Of a DNA stretch of 64,000 bases, positions 19,835 through 30,059 are shown in pieces. Position 1 is the stretch's first letter; every line of letters starts with the position of its first letter. The position numbers and the translations under genes were made by a program. The notes beneath the pieces are model-generated. The model did no database searches. It saw only the letters and a list, made by a program, of their open reading frames with translations, and was not told the DNA's origin. Source of the DNA: Candidatus Geocrenenecus huangii (GTDB lineage: Archaea; Thermoproteota; Nitrososphaeria_A; Caldarchaeales; Wolframiiraptoraceae); contig JALNLM010000003.1 of the NCBI GenBank assembly GCA_023254095.1, positions 89,133-153,132 on the forward strand. The letters are read 5' to 3'.

Positions 19835-21618
19835 TCATCTCCACCTCCAATGAACGCATATAACGGGATCGGCGTCGTAGGTGCTCTAGCCCTTGACAGC
19901 CCAACCCTGTTAGGGTCTAGCTTAGACAAGTATGAAACATACAGAGCGGTATTAACCATACATAACCTTCCCTGACACCTCCCAGTACAAACACCTAAAC
20001 TTCTCTTAACCAGTTCAAGTAACACGTATCCTTTCTCGTAGACTGTCCTCGAAACGTCCTCAGCAGTTATATCCTCGCAGAAGCATATGAATGCGTCTTT
20101 CCTCGGCTTCTCGATGAATAGTGTAGGTGGACGATTCGACACATGATCACCTATAGGCTTACCTCTCGAAAACTCGAATACAACACTCTTCCATCCTACA
20201 TTCATCTCTCTTAACTTTTCTTTATATTCTCTGATTTTTTCATCGGTTGCTGATTCAGCTTCTTTCACTCCCAGCATGTATGCAGCTGATAAAGCCGATA
20301 TCTCTCCCTCCTTCATGTGTAGGATGCTGTAGGGGGTGCCTGAAGCACCTCCAGCTATGAAGATGTTATCTTTTAGCCTCATGTATTCATCATGTACGGG
20401 CACGAAGCCTACACCATCTATGAATACCATCTTAGAATTCAACTGATTTAGAATTCTTACATCTGGGCTGGGAAAAGCTGAGCAAACTATGAAATCAGCT
20501 TTTAACTCGTCTCTCCTACCATCATGCACTATTTTTACATTCTTTACGCATGTCTTCCCTAACGCCTCGATTTCTTCTACGTTTCCAAAACATTCTCCGA
20601 TACTTGATAAACTATACTGTATTTTCTCAGGTTCGGAATAGTCTACCAATGCGACGTTTATACCTAGTTGTTTCAATTGTTCAGCAACTCTTAGACTGTT
20701 CTGATTGAACCCTATTACTAAGCCTCTTTCCCCTGGTTTTACTCCATACATATTAACCATCTCTAATACGGTTGAGCCGGAGAATATTCCTGGCAAATCA
20801 TTATTTCTGAAGACACATGGTATATCAATCTGCCCAGTTGCAATAATATATGCTTTAGCCTTCAAGATGTAGAGGGATCTTTCTTCCTGAGAGTAAGCTA
20901 TGGGATAATCTTCGAAGAACCCTGCAAAGACAGTCTTAGTAAGAATCGATAAATTCTTTAATAAAGAAATCCTGCTGATAATATTTTCTAAAAGTTGCTC
21001 TCTGGGCATCGAAATCCCTGGAACATCTAAGTAATCATATCTTAGCCTGCCTCCAAGCTGTAGAGATTTATCTATCAAGAGGGTTCTTAAGCCGAGCTGG
21101 CTAACCGTATATGCTGCTGTCAGCCCCGCTAGACCTCCCCCAATTATAACAACATCTGATTCGAGCTGGATGGTCTTTACAGCCTTGACGGTCTTTACAG
21201 TTCTTATATCCGGATGATTTGCGAATTGCCTGATCTTGTCAACTGCCAGCCTCCATAGAAACCTATTTCTTAACAGTCTTCTATGTTGAAAGTATCCATT
21301 GAGGAATGGTGAGAAAAATTTAACCAAGAATGGGGTTGAGAGGCTTAGCTCTATCTTCTGACCATCTCTACAATATACTTCACATGGATTCAGATACTCG
21401 TCTCCGATCCTTGTCAATAGCAACCTATCTTCGGGTTCCAGACTGTAGAATCCTCTAGGCCTATACAGTTTTTTACTTCTACCAATTACTTTAAAACCAT
21501 TAGAGTAGAGGGCGACGGCTACAGGTTCTAAAGAATACCCCTCAAGATTCAGATCATCGAGAAAGATGTTAACCCTATCTCCTTTTCTACTCTGAGCATG
21601 ATGCGAAGAATCATCCAT
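19831..21618 (-). CDS. SoxA-like alpha subunit (2Fe-2S-binding N-terminal domain + FAD/NAD(P) pyridine-nucleotide-disulfide oxidoreductase domain)
   Basis: The FAD motif is VVIIGGGLAGLTAAYTVSQLG. A Cys cluster occurs near the C-terminus, CFCEDITAEDV...CTGRCQGRLC, as in sarcosine/opine oxidase alpha subunits. The N-terminus is SoxA-like. Confidence 0.6.
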   Translation of the reverse strand: MDDSSHHAQSRKGDRVNIFLDDLNLEGYSLEPVAVALYSNGFKVIGRSKKLYRPRGFYSLEPEDRLLLTRIGDEYLNPCEVYCRDGQKIELSLSTPFLVKFFSPFLNGYFQHRRLLRNRFLWRLAVDKIRQFANHPDIRTVKTVKAVKTIQLESDVVIIGGGLAGLTAAYTVSQLGLRTLLIDKSLQLGGRLRYDYLDVPGISMPREQLLENIISRISLLKNLSILTKTVFAGFFEDYPIAYSQEERSLYILKAKAYIIATGQIDIPCVFRNNDLPGIFSGSTVLEMVNMYGVKPGERGLVIGFNQNSLRVAEQLKQLGINVALVDYSEPEKIQYSLSSIGECFGNVEEIEALGKTCVKNVKIVHDGRRDELKADFIVCSAFPSPDVRILNQLNSKMVFIDGVGFVPVHDEYMRLKDNIFIAGGASGTPYSILHMKEGEISALSAAYMLGVKEAESATDEKIREYKEKLREMNVGWKSVVFEFSRGKPIGDHVSNRPPTLFIEKPRKDAFICFCEDITAEDVSRTVYEKGYVLLELVKRSLGVCTGRCQGRLCMVNTALYVSYLSKLDPNRVGLSRARAPTTPIPLYAFIGGGDE

Positions 21619-21763
21619 GAATAATTCATAATATTTTTATCCAGACTATATTTAACTCTATTCAGCTATCGTCTCCACAAATAAAGATTATGATAGAGTT
21701 AAGCTATAGATGAAGACATAATAGCATCCACTGAAGTCTTTTAAGTTTTTATCGTGGAGAAAA

Positions 21764-22207
21764 ATGGAATGCTTTGAAAAGAATATGTCCACTCTAGTGC
21801 ATGAGGTCAAGAGGCTTGCTGTGCTTGATTCAGAAAGATGTGTTGGATGTCAGCTCTGCATGTTTGCATGTAGTAGAAGGTTCGGGGAAGGGGGGCTTGC
21901 TAAATCAGCTATCTTAGTTAGGAGTGTAGGAGGAATTGAGAAGGGATTAACAGTTATCGTTTGTAGAGCATGTGAAAATCCTCCATGTGCTAGAGTCTGC
22001 CCAACGGATGCTTTAGGACAGAGAAAACATGGAGGAGTAATCTTCGACTCAAGTAAATGTATAGGATGCGGTAATTGTGTAAGGGCATGCGATATAGGAG
22101 CAGTCTTCTGGGATGATGAAACAAATAAGCCGATAATATGTGTTCATTGTGGTTACTGTTCACGTTTCTGCCACTATAAAGTTATAGGGGTTGAGAAGAT
22201 AAAATGA
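21764..22207 (+). CDS. Polyferredoxin-like 4x[4Fe-4S] protein
   Basis: 147 aa with four CxxCxxCxxxCP-type clusters (CVGCQLCMFAC, CRACENPPCARVCP, CIGCGNCVRAC, CVHCGYCSRFC). It is translationally coupled (4-nt overlap) to the AOR gene. Confidence 0.7.
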   Translation: MECFEKNMSTLVHEVKRLAVLDSERCVGCQLCMFACSRRFGEGGLAKSAILVRSVGGIEKGLTVIVCRACENPPCARVCPTDALGQRKHGGVIFDSSKCIGCGNCVRACDIGAVFWDDETNKPIICVHCGYCSRFCHYKVIGVEKIK

Positions 22208-23970
22208 ATCCGAGAGAACCTCTGAAAAGAGTACTATACATCGATTTGTCGAAGAAGAGTTTCTGGATAGATGAAAGAGAAGACTTATTTGAAAGATGGC
22301 TTGGAGGAGTGGGCGTAGCGGTACAGCTCTTTAAAGAAGAGGCTTCGAAGAACGTCGATCCTCTATCTCCAGAAAACCCGGTGATCTTCTCTGTGGGACC
22401 ATTGACGTCACTCTACCCACTTGCCTCCAAGACAATCGCTATTTTCAAGAGTCCTCTTACAGGTAACCTAGGTGAAAGCCATGCAGGTGGAAGAAGTGCT
22501 ATCGCTCTAAGGCTTGCAGGCTATGGAGCAACGGTAATCAAGGGTGCCTCCCAGCTACCCGTATACCTAGTCATTAAAGAGGAAGAAGTAGAGTTTAGAG
22601 ATGCTTCAGCATTGTGGGGCGTATCTAACGCTATAACGGTTGGAAGAATATTGAGAGAAACAGCTCCAGGTCAAGGAGTAAGAACCATAATGAGGATAGG
22701 GAAGGCGGGTGAAAAACTTGTATCATATGCAGCTGTTATGACGGAAACGTATAGACACTTCGGTAGGCTGGGTTTAGGTGCAGTCTTAGGTTCAAAGAAA
22801 GTTAAGGGAATAATCATATACGGTAAGCATACGATACCTGTAGAAGACAAGAAAAAATATAGAGAAGTATATGATAGACTCTACAAGCTTTCAGTAGAAT
22901 CTGATGCTATGAAGCGATACCATGATATAGGTACCGCGATGAACATATTACCATTAAACTATATCGGAGCCCTTCCAACACGGAATCTTAATTCTAGCAG
23001 GTTTGAGGGGGCTGAAGAAATAAGTGGAGAGAACATAGCCGAGAAAAAGCTTGCTAGGAGGATCGCCTGTGCACATTGCCCAGTAGCATGCATCCATATT
23101 GCCAGTATTAGAGAACCATATCCTGATGAACCATACTTCTATAAGACAACCTTCATCTCATACGACCACGAACTAATCTATTCTCTAGGATCAATGCTGG
23201 GTGTAAAGAAGATAGACAATGTTCTTAGATTAATCGATATCGTTGAGGCCTTTGGGTTAGATGCAATAAGTGCAGGGGTATCTCTAGCATGGGCCACGGA
23301 AGCATATAAGAGAGGTATAGTAACTATCAATGAAACACTAGTTGAACTAGATTGGGGAAACGTAGAAAACTATATTGAGGCAATAAAATATATCGTCGAG
23401 CAGCCGAACCACTTCTACACCACGCTTGCTAAGGGGACGAGAGAAGCTTCAAAACATTATGGTGGACAAGAATTTGCATTAAACTTCGGTGGAAACGAGA
23501 TGCCTGGATACCATACTGGATACGGAGCTATCATTGGATACTCCATCGGCTCAAGGCACAGCCACCTAGATTGCGCAGGCTATAGAGTGGATCAAACCAT
23601 TAAGGAGCCGCCCTCTCCCGAAGAGTATGTTGAGATGCTAATAAAAGAAGAAGAGTGGAGACAGGTTTTAACAAGTCTTGTAATATGCTTATTCGCAAGA
23701 ACAATATACACTGTTGAGAATGTAGTCGATGCGCTTAAACCATTAGGCTACGACTGCACAGAAGATGAGTTAAAAAAGCTAGGAGAAGAAATATACCTTG
23801 AGAAGCAAAAGCTGAAGATAGAGCTGGGATTTAATCCTAGAGAACTTAAGATACCTAGTAGAGTCTTCGAGACATCTACACCGCATGGACTACTCAGGAG
23901 AGACTATGTAGAGAAAGCACTCCAACATTACGCTGAACTCATTGAATACAAAATAAATACATCAGACTAG
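22204..23970 (+). CDS. Aldehyde:ferredoxin oxidoreductase family (tungsten/molybdopterin AOR)
   Basis: 588 aa with AOR N-terminal and catalytic domains. The [4Fe-4S] Cys are in CAHCPVACIH..., and typical AOR blocks such as GLDAISAG are present. Confidence 0.8.
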   Translation: MNPREPLKRVLYIDLSKKSFWIDEREDLFERWLGGVGVAVQLFKEEASKNVDPLSPENPVIFSVGPLTSLYPLASKTIAIFKSPLTGNLGESHAGGRSAIALRLAGYGATVIKGASQLPVYLVIKEEEVEFRDASALWGVSNAITVGRILRETAPGQGVRTIMRIGKAGEKLVSYAAVMTETYRHFGRLGLGAVLGSKKVKGIIIYGKHTIPVEDKKKYREVYDRLYKLSVESDAMKRYHDIGTAMNILPLNYIGALPTRNLNSSRFEGAEEISGENIAEKKLARRIACAHCPVACIHIASIREPYPDEPYFYKTTFISYDHELIYSLGSMLGVKKIDNVLRLIDIVEAFGLDAISAGVSLAWATEAYKRGIVTINETLVELDWGNVENYIEAIKYIVEQPNHFYTTLAKGTREASKHYGGQEFALNFGGNEMPGYHTGYGAIIGYSIGSRHSHLDCAGYRVDQTIKEPPSPEEYVEMLIKEEEWRQVLTSLVICLFARTIYTVENVVDALKPLGYDCTEDELKKLGEEIYLEKQKLKIELGFNPRELKIPSRVFETSTPHGLLRRDYVEKALQHYAELIEYKINTSD

Positions 23971-24111
23971 AAAACCAAGCTCCAAGAATCACCAAATTAG
24001 AAGAAACATAAGAAGATAATAATCGGAGAAGCTACTAACATACTCTCTTCTTATACTCTTGATTAGTTTTTAGATGAGATCGGAGAAAAGAGATATAGGT
24101 TTAAGGGTATG

Positions 24112-24206
24112 TGCCGGGGGAGGGATTCGAACCCTCGACTTCGGGGTTGCATCCTCGTTGACAGGATTATGAGCCCCGCACTCTAACCAGGCTGAGTTAC
24201 CCCGGC
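24112..24206 (-). tRNA. tRNA-Met/Ile2 (anticodon CAT) with a ~20-nt intron next to anticodon-loop position 37/38
   Basis: The minus-strand read is GCCGGGG-TA-ACTC...GAGT-G-CGGGG-CTCATA[ATCCTGTCAACGAGGATGCA]A-CCCCG-AAGTC-GAGGGTTCGAATCCCTC-CCCCGGC-A. This gives a cloverleaf with a 7-bp acceptor stem, a GTTCGAATC T-loop and a G1:C72 pair. The CCA end is not encoded. Confidence 0.7.
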
Positions 24207-24357
24207 ATGTGATGCCATGTCTTCCAATTATTCGAGTATCTTATAACGATTATATAAACTCTTTACAGCGATATTTACGATTTTTCTATAACATGTTAAG
24301 GCATTGGTCTCTAGAACCGTATTAACGTTAATGGTAGGAATAAGTTCTCGGAGATTT

Positions 24358-24861
24358 TTAGAAGATCTTGAATCTTTCTTTCGGTGCACCGCAGATAGGG
24401 CATCTATCAGGTGGCTCTCCTTCAACCGTATAACCGCATTTCTCACAAATGTATACGTTGCCTAATTCTATGTCCTTCTTTTCTTCTACTGCTTTTAATG
24501 CTTTCTGATACATGGTTAAATGGATTTTTTCTGCTTGGAGTGCCCAGTTCGTTGTTCTCTCCACTTCTACCTCTCCTTGTAGTTTTGCTACAGCATGGTA
24601 CGATGGGTACATCTCTTCAACTTCGTATCTTTCCCCTTCTATCGCATTCTTTATGTTATCAGATGTTGTTGATATCAACCCTAATGCTTGAAGATGGTTG
24701 GATGCATGGATCTGCTCAGCGAAAGCTATGGCTCTAAATAATCTAGCTATATTCCTGAATCCGTCCTCTTCAGCTTTCTTAGCAAAGATTACGTATTTCA
24801 TGTATGCTTGGCTTTCACCTGCAAAAGCATTCTTTAGATTTTCCTGACTCATCTTCTTCAT
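24358..24861 (-). CDS. rbr: Rubrerythrin (ferritin-like diiron domain + C-terminal rubredoxin-like CxxC...CxxC)
   Basis: It has E...ExxH diiron-ligand spacing and a C-terminal CEKCGYTVEG...CPICGAPK motif. Confidence 0.85.
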   Translation of the reverse strand: MKKMSQENLKNAFAGESQAYMKYVIFAKKAEEDGFRNIARLFRAIAFAEQIHASNHLQALGLISTTSDNIKNAIEGERYEVEEMYPSYHAVAKLQGEVEVERTTNWALQAEKIHLTMYQKALKAVEEKKDIELGNVYICEKCGYTVEGEPPDRCPICGAPKERFKIF

Positions 24862-25125
24862 ACTTCCAACCCTGAAGACACTTACTCAGAACTACCATGT
24901 TATTTATTAGGTTTTTGATCTAGAGGAACACTTTAAAGCTCCAAGACATGTTCTCTCAGAATAATTGTTTTAAAGCTTCTTTCTATCTAGATTTATCTTT
25001 CCGATCCTGTGTCTGTTCTCCTCATTAATATCTTGTTGTATAAGCTTTGTACCGTGCACATCCCGAATACTCCGAGTATGATTCCATCTTGAGTATATTG
25101 TAGAATCCTCAAGACAATATCCTGT

Positions 25126-25413
25126 TTAACTTCCCTGACTTTTTTCAGAGTCATTCAAAATTTCTTCTGCTTCTCTTCTCAGAGTCTGCATCCTATAAAT
25201 CATTTCTTCGAGATTCTTTACTTCCTCATCATCTATTAACTTATTCTTTAATCTTTCTAGGGTCTCTGAGTCGAGCTCCTTTTGAGACGGCTGCTTGATA
25301 ATACTTTTCTCAAGATATTTCAAGGTCTTGTAGTATACCGAGATGAAGAATAAAGTAGTTGCTATGAATACTGTGATAAGCATTGCTGAGATAAGCGATA
25401 GTAGCTCGCTCAC
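25126..25413 (-). CDS. Hypothetical small protein (N-terminal TM helix + charged coiled-coil tail)
   Basis: 95 aa located downstream of the opp operon. It shows no recognisable family. Confidence 0.3.
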   Translation of the reverse strand: MSELLSLISAMLITVFIATTLFFISVYYKTLKYLEKSIIKQPSQKELDSETLERLKNKLIDDEEVKNLEEMIYRMQTLRREAEEILNDSEKSQGS

Positions 25414-25550
25414 AAGATTAGCTATGCTTATGTACTTATTAATAGTTTCTCCCTGAACTAGCCGACCTTCTTCACCCTGTATAATCTGTAGATGTGATAT
25501 TGTCTAATGATGCGCATTTAATCTACCGATCAAGATTTATCCGACATATT

Positions 25551-26519
25551 CTAGTATAAATAGCATGAAACATGATGATCCGCTTTAACTTCTTTTAGTT
25601 CAGGTTCATTTTTATCACATGGCTCAAATCTATATGGGCATCTTGGATGGAATCGGCAGCCGGCTGGAGGATTGACTGGGCTTGGAGGTTCACCTGGTAT
25701 AACTTTTCTTTCTTTCAACCTATTGGATGGGTCTGGTTCTGGTACCGCTTCTATCAATGCTTTGGTGTATGGATGTAATGGTTCTCTAACTAGTTCTCTA
25801 GCTTCTGCCAGCTCGACAATCTTCCCAAGATACATTACTGCTACCTTATCGCTGAAGTGTCTAGCTGTAGCAATATCGTGTGTGATGTATAGGAATGAAA
25901 TCTTGTATTTTTCTTGGAGCTCTTTTAGAAGATAAAGGATTTCTGCTCTGCTGGAGGCATCTATCATTGAGACCGGCTCGTCGGCGACGATATATTCAGG
26001 TCTAAGAATTAATGCACGAGCGATCCCAACTCTCTGCCTCTGCCCTCCACTCAGCATATGCGGATACTTCCCCACGAATTCTTCAACTGGCGTAAGTTTC
26101 ACATCTGTTAAAGCTTTAATAATCATCTCCAGCCTCTCCTCGGTGTCTCCCACTTGATGGAGGATGAGCGGTTCCTCAAGTATTTCTTTCACAGTCATGA
26201 ACGGGTTTATGCTTGAGTACGGGTCTTGGAATACTGCTTGAGCGCGCCTTCTAAACCATTTTAGTTCTTTCTCTTCTTTATCGGTTATATCTAATCCGTC
26301 GAATACTATTCTACCATGTGTTGGTTTCAGTAATCTTAACGAGAGTCTACCGAGCGTCGTTTTTCCGCATCCAGACTCTCCCACAAGAGCTAGGGTTTCT
26401 CCTCTCGATATTTCTAGATTGACTCCGTCTACTGCTTTTACTGGTATAGTCTTGAATAAGCCGACCCTAAACTCGAAATACATCCTTACATCTTCTATTT
26501 TGAGAAGCTCGCTACTCAT
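25551..26519 (-). CDS. Oligopeptide/dipeptide ABC transporter ATP-binding protein (OppF/DppF type)
   Basis: It has Walker A GESGCGKTT, the LSGGQRQRV signature and the C-terminal oligopeptide-transporter extension with CRFHPRCP. Confidence 0.85.
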   Translation of the reverse strand: MSSELLKIEDVRMYFEFRVGLFKTIPVKAVDGVNLEISRGETLALVGESGCGKTTLGRLSLRLLKPTHGRIVFDGLDITDKEEKELKWFRRRAQAVFQDPYSSINPFMTVKEILEEPLILHQVGDTEERLEMIIKALTDVKLTPVEEFVGKYPHMLSGGQRQRVGIARALILRPEYIVADEPVSMIDASSRAEILYLLKELQEKYKISFLYITHDIATARHFSDKVAVMYLGKIVELAEARELVREPLHPYTKALIEAVPEPDPSNRLKERKVIPGEPPSPVNPPAGCRFHPRCPYRFEPCDKNEPELKEVKADHHVSCYLY

Positions 26520-27478
26520 GTTTTATCACCGTACAGCCAGCACATTACTTTCTGGTTTTTTTCAGGCTCGAATATTTTAGGTTCTACCTCTTTACAGATA
26601 TCCATTACGTAAGAGCATCTTGGATGAAATCTACATCCATTAGGCGGGTTTATCAAGTCTGGAGGTGCACCAGGTATGAATTCCGGTTTTTCTTCACTTA
26701 TCAGCTTTGGAGTTGCCTTCAATAGTTTCTGAGTGTAGGGATGTTTTGGTGATAGTAAGACCTGCTCAGCTGAGCCTATCTCAACTATCTGTCCAGCATA
26801 CATTACAGCTATCTTGTCGCTTATATCGCTTGACAAAGCTATGTCGTGGGTTATGAAGATCATAGAGATGTTGAGATCTTTCTTCAGCTTCTTTAGGAGA
26901 TTCATTATCTGGGCTTGTATACTTACATCAAGTGCAGATGTCGGTTCGTCTAGTATGATTATCTTCGGATTCATGACCAAGGCCATGGCTATGACTACCC
27001 TCTGCTTCATGCCTCCGCTTAGCTCATGTGGATACCTGTCGAACACTTCTTCATGTAAGCCTACAAGCATCATCTTCTCTTTAGCTATCCTGTATGCTTC
27101 CTCCTTCTCCATCTCTGCATGGATCACCAGTGGTTCCGCAATCTGATGACCAATTCTTATGACGGGGTTTAATACGTTCATCGCTCCTTGGAAGACGATC
27201 GAGATCTGCCTCCACCTAATCTTTCTTCTTACCTCATCCTCGGGCAGATCAACGATATTTATTCCATCTAGGATTATCCTTCCCTGGTATAGAGATACGT
27301 TGCTGGGAAGCATTTTTATGATCGCGTTAGCCATGCTTGTCTTACCACACCCGGATTCACCTACAACTCCTATAGCTTCACCTGCTTCAACATCGAAACT
27401 TACGTTATCTACAGCTTTAACGATACCTCTGAGCGTTTTATAATAAAGCTTCAGTTGGTTGATCTCCAGCAACGCCAT
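26516..27478 (-). CDS. Oligopeptide/dipeptide ABC transporter ATP-binding protein (OppD/DppD type)
   Basis: It has Walker A GESGCGKTS, the LSGGMKQRV signature and a C-terminal CRFHPRC motif. It overlaps the downstream ATPase gene by 4 nt. Confidence 0.85.
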   Translation of the reverse strand: MALLEINQLKLYYKTLRGIVKAVDNVSFDVEAGEAIGVVGESGCGKTSMANAIIKMLPSNVSLYQGRIILDGINIVDLPEDEVRRKIRWRQISIVFQGAMNVLNPVIRIGHQIAEPLVIHAEMEKEEAYRIAKEKMMLVGLHEEVFDRYPHELSGGMKQRVVIAMALVMNPKIIILDEPTSALDVSIQAQIMNLLKKLKKDLNISMIFITHDIALSSDISDKIAVMYAGQIVEIGSAEQVLLSPKHPYTQKLLKATPKLISEEKPEFIPGAPPDLINPPNGCRFHPRCSYVMDICKEVEPKIFEPEKNQKVMCWLYGDKT

Positions 27479-27490
27479 GTGACTACACCT

Positions 27491-28930
27491 TTACTTCATT
27501 CTTCTAAGCCTCGGATTTACTACGGGCTCCATCCCCAATGCTATTAATACGAAGGTTATAGCCGTCCATATTATTAGGAGACCTGGAGGTATTATCCACC
27601 ACCATAACCCTACATATATTCCTCCACTTCTAAAACCGTATTCGAGTATCTGACCCCATGTAGGCATGGTCGGGTCACCTAACCCGAGGAAACTTAGTGC
27701 TGCTTCCAGCAAGATGAAGGTAGGTGTAAAGAATATTAGTTGAGCGAATATGAAGGGAGCGACTTGGGGGAAAATATGTCTAAACATTATCCATAATCTA
27801 GGTGCTCCTAGAGAGATTGCAGCTTCTATAAACTGGCTAGACTTTAATTGCAGGACCATGGATCTAACAATTATTGTTAGTGTAGGCCAACCGAATGCAA
27901 CTAACAGGAATACGAGAATCCACATGTTCTGTCCAAGTATGAATGCTAAGAATATTAGGAGGGGGAGGAGAGGGATGTTGTTAACAAAGTCTGCCGCTCT
28001 CTGTATAACCTCATCTACCTTTCCACCGACGTAGCCGCCGACTATACCTAATCCTGCTCCAAGCAGCGTTGTTATCGTTGACGTTACAATCCCTATGAAC
28101 AAAGCTATCGGGAAACCGAAAAGTAAACCGATTGATAAATCTCTTCCAAGAGAATCCGTCCCCATGAATCCGTATACGTTTCCCCCGATAACCAGTTTTA
28201 CTTCTCCAACATAATCCCTAGAATCATACGTATTTATCGAGACCATGAAGATGTATTCTCCCTTCAATACGTAGAATTCTTTATCCGGTCCAGGTATGCT
28301 GAACACTATTGTATGTTGACCTATCGAATTAATCTCGCTTGGCTTGATTGATACATTGTATTCCCTCAACAAGAATCTTGCTAATACGCTGGCCACCGAT
28401 ATATCTCCAGTTATCGAGATTCTCTTAGGAGAATCATAAAATCTCTTGTAGGGTGGAGATTCCCCAGCGTAAGGAGCTGGAGCGATGTATCTGTATAGCT
28501 CGATGTTCTTCCCGTCAGGTCTCGTAACATTTAAACGAGCCACCAGCGGGTCACTGTAATAGGTTAAGTTTTCTAGAGTGAAAGAGATGAATGTGGGAGA
28601 CTTATCTGCCTGGAAATCAAGTCTGAATACGTAGAGAAGAGTTCTGCCAGATTCTGTAGATATTATATCAGAGGGTTTGTTATATATGAATACGTGGTGT
28701 TCGGGGAGCTTCTGATCTGAGAAGTAGTTGACCCAGCTTGGAGGAGCTGATTTAGGGTAATCCGCCCAGTATGCAGGATTGTTCCAGTATCTTACTCCGA
28801 AGTCGAGTGGATATGATGTGACGACGTACACGCTTAAGAATACTAGTATCATTAAGAATACTACTCCTACTTTTGAGACTTTTAGTCTCCAGAATTCCTG
28901 GAAAGCTTCTCTAAACCTCACCGACATCAA
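27491..28930 (-). CDS. ABC peptide transporter permease (OppC/DppC-like) with a large N-terminal extracytoplasmic domain
   Basis: 479 aa with a C-terminal BPD_transp_1 permease core; the EAA-like signature region lies just before the helix ending ...PTFILLEAALSFLGLGDP. A long N-terminal region follows the first TM helix. Confidence 0.75.
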   Translation of the reverse strand: MMSVRFREAFQEFWRLKVSKVGVVFLMILVFLSVYVVTSYPLDFGVRYWNNPAYWADYPKSAPPSWVNYFSDQKLPEHHVFIYNKPSDIISTESGRTLLYVFRLDFQADKSPTFISFTLENLTYYSDPLVARLNVTRPDGKNIELYRYIAPAPYAGESPPYKRFYDSPKRISITGDISVASVLARFLLREYNVSIKPSEINSIGQHTIVFSIPGPDKEFYVLKGEYIFMVSINTYDSRDYVGEVKLVIGGNVYGFMGTDSLGRDLSIGLLFGFPIALFIGIVTSTITTLLGAGLGIVGGYVGGKVDEVIQRAADFVNNIPLLPLLIFLAFILGQNMWILVFLLVAFGWPTLTIIVRSMVLQLKSSQFIEAAISLGAPRLWIMFRHIFPQVAPFIFAQLIFFTPTFILLEAALSFLGLGDPTMPTWGQILEYGFRSGGIYVGLWWWIIPPGLLIIWTAITFVLIALGMEPVVNPRLRRMK

Positions 28931-29973
28931 TACCTCACCCTAGGATCTAGAGTTACGTATAAGACTTCGAGAAGGAACCTAGCAACCACATAGACTAACG
29001 TGAATATGTATGTTAATGCGATAACTACTACTTCATCCATTACCAGTACGGCGTCGTAGAACAATCTACCTAGCCCTGGCCAGTTAAAGACCGTCTCCGT
29101 TAAGATCGCTCCAGAGATAGATGTCGCCAGACCCAAGATTACATTCGTTAATATTGGTGGAGCTGCTACTCTCATTATGTATCTTCTTCTAACTAGTTCT
29201 TCTGGTAGACCTCTAGCTCTGGCAGCATTTACAAAATCTTCTTGAGCCGTGTTTAAGACTATTGTCCTAGTAGTGTATATCCATACTCCGACGGAGGCTA
29301 TTACTAGTGTTGTTACTGGAAGGACTGAGTGCCAGAGCAGGTCAAGGAATCTCAGGTAGGGGTCTGATGGTGGTGGCGCACTATATAGACCTCCGAATGG
29401 AAATAATTTGAGAAGGAAGGAGAACACCATTATCAGTATTATCCCTATCCACCAAGTAGGGATAGCGTACGAGATAGCTGACATGTACGAAGATATCCTA
29501 TCTAGGATTCCCCCAACTTTTGTAGCTATTCTTACACCTAGTACTAGACCTATTAAAGCGCTGATAATAGTTGCGGAAGTTACGAGAATTATTGTATTGG
29601 TGAGCCTTTCTATAACTATGTCTGAGACCTTGTTCCCACCTGCGAAAGTTTTCAAAGTTCTCGCTTTACCCAAGTCTAGGGTTAACACTCTCCAAGCCAT
29701 ATCCGGTAAACGTACATACCATGGCTTAGTTAGACCATAGAACTCCATTAATTCTTGTTTTCTTATATTGATAACTCTTTCAAGTTCTTGTGGGTCTTTA
29801 ATTGTTTTAGCTAGAGACTGCCTCAGCATCATTACTTCTTCATTAACCATTGCTTGGAGAATCTTATCCGAGGTCCCTGTTGCTCCAAGTATTATGACCA
29901 TGAAAAAGACGACTAGTACGAGTACAGCGACAAGCGTCAGCGCTCGCATAGATAGTGTTCTAGCTAATCCCAT
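28927..29973 (-). CDS. ABC peptide transporter permease (OppB/DppB-like)
   Basis: 348 aa with about 6 TM helices and the typical OppB architecture. Confidence 0.8.
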   Translation of the reverse strand: MGLARTLSMRALTLVAVLVLVVFFMVIILGATGTSDKILQAMVNEEVMMLRQSLAKTIKDPQELERVINIRKQELMEFYGLTKPWYVRLPDMAWRVLTLDLGKARTLKTFAGGNKVSDIVIERLTNTIILVTSATIISALIGLVLGVRIATKVGGILDRISSYMSAISYAIPTWWIGIILIMVFSFLLKLFPFGGLYSAPPPSDPYLRFLDLLWHSVLPVTTLVIASVGVWIYTTRTIVLNTAQEDFVNAARARGLPEELVRRRYIMRVAAPPILTNVILGLATSISGAILTETVFNWPGLGRLFYDAVLVMDEVVVIALTYIFTLVYVVARFLLEVLYVTLDPRVRY

Positions 29974-30059
29974 TTCGGCTACCGCCTAATACCTTGGACA
30001 ATCTAATAAGTGTTCAAGATAAAAAATAAGTGAGAGATTTTAGTTTGTTCTAGTATTCA

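Noticed and set aside
23971-24357. Possible integrated element at the tRNA-Met locus
   Set aside because: There is no integrase, no direct repeat of the tRNA 3' end and no compositional break. The flanking genes are housekeeping (AOR, rubrerythrin).
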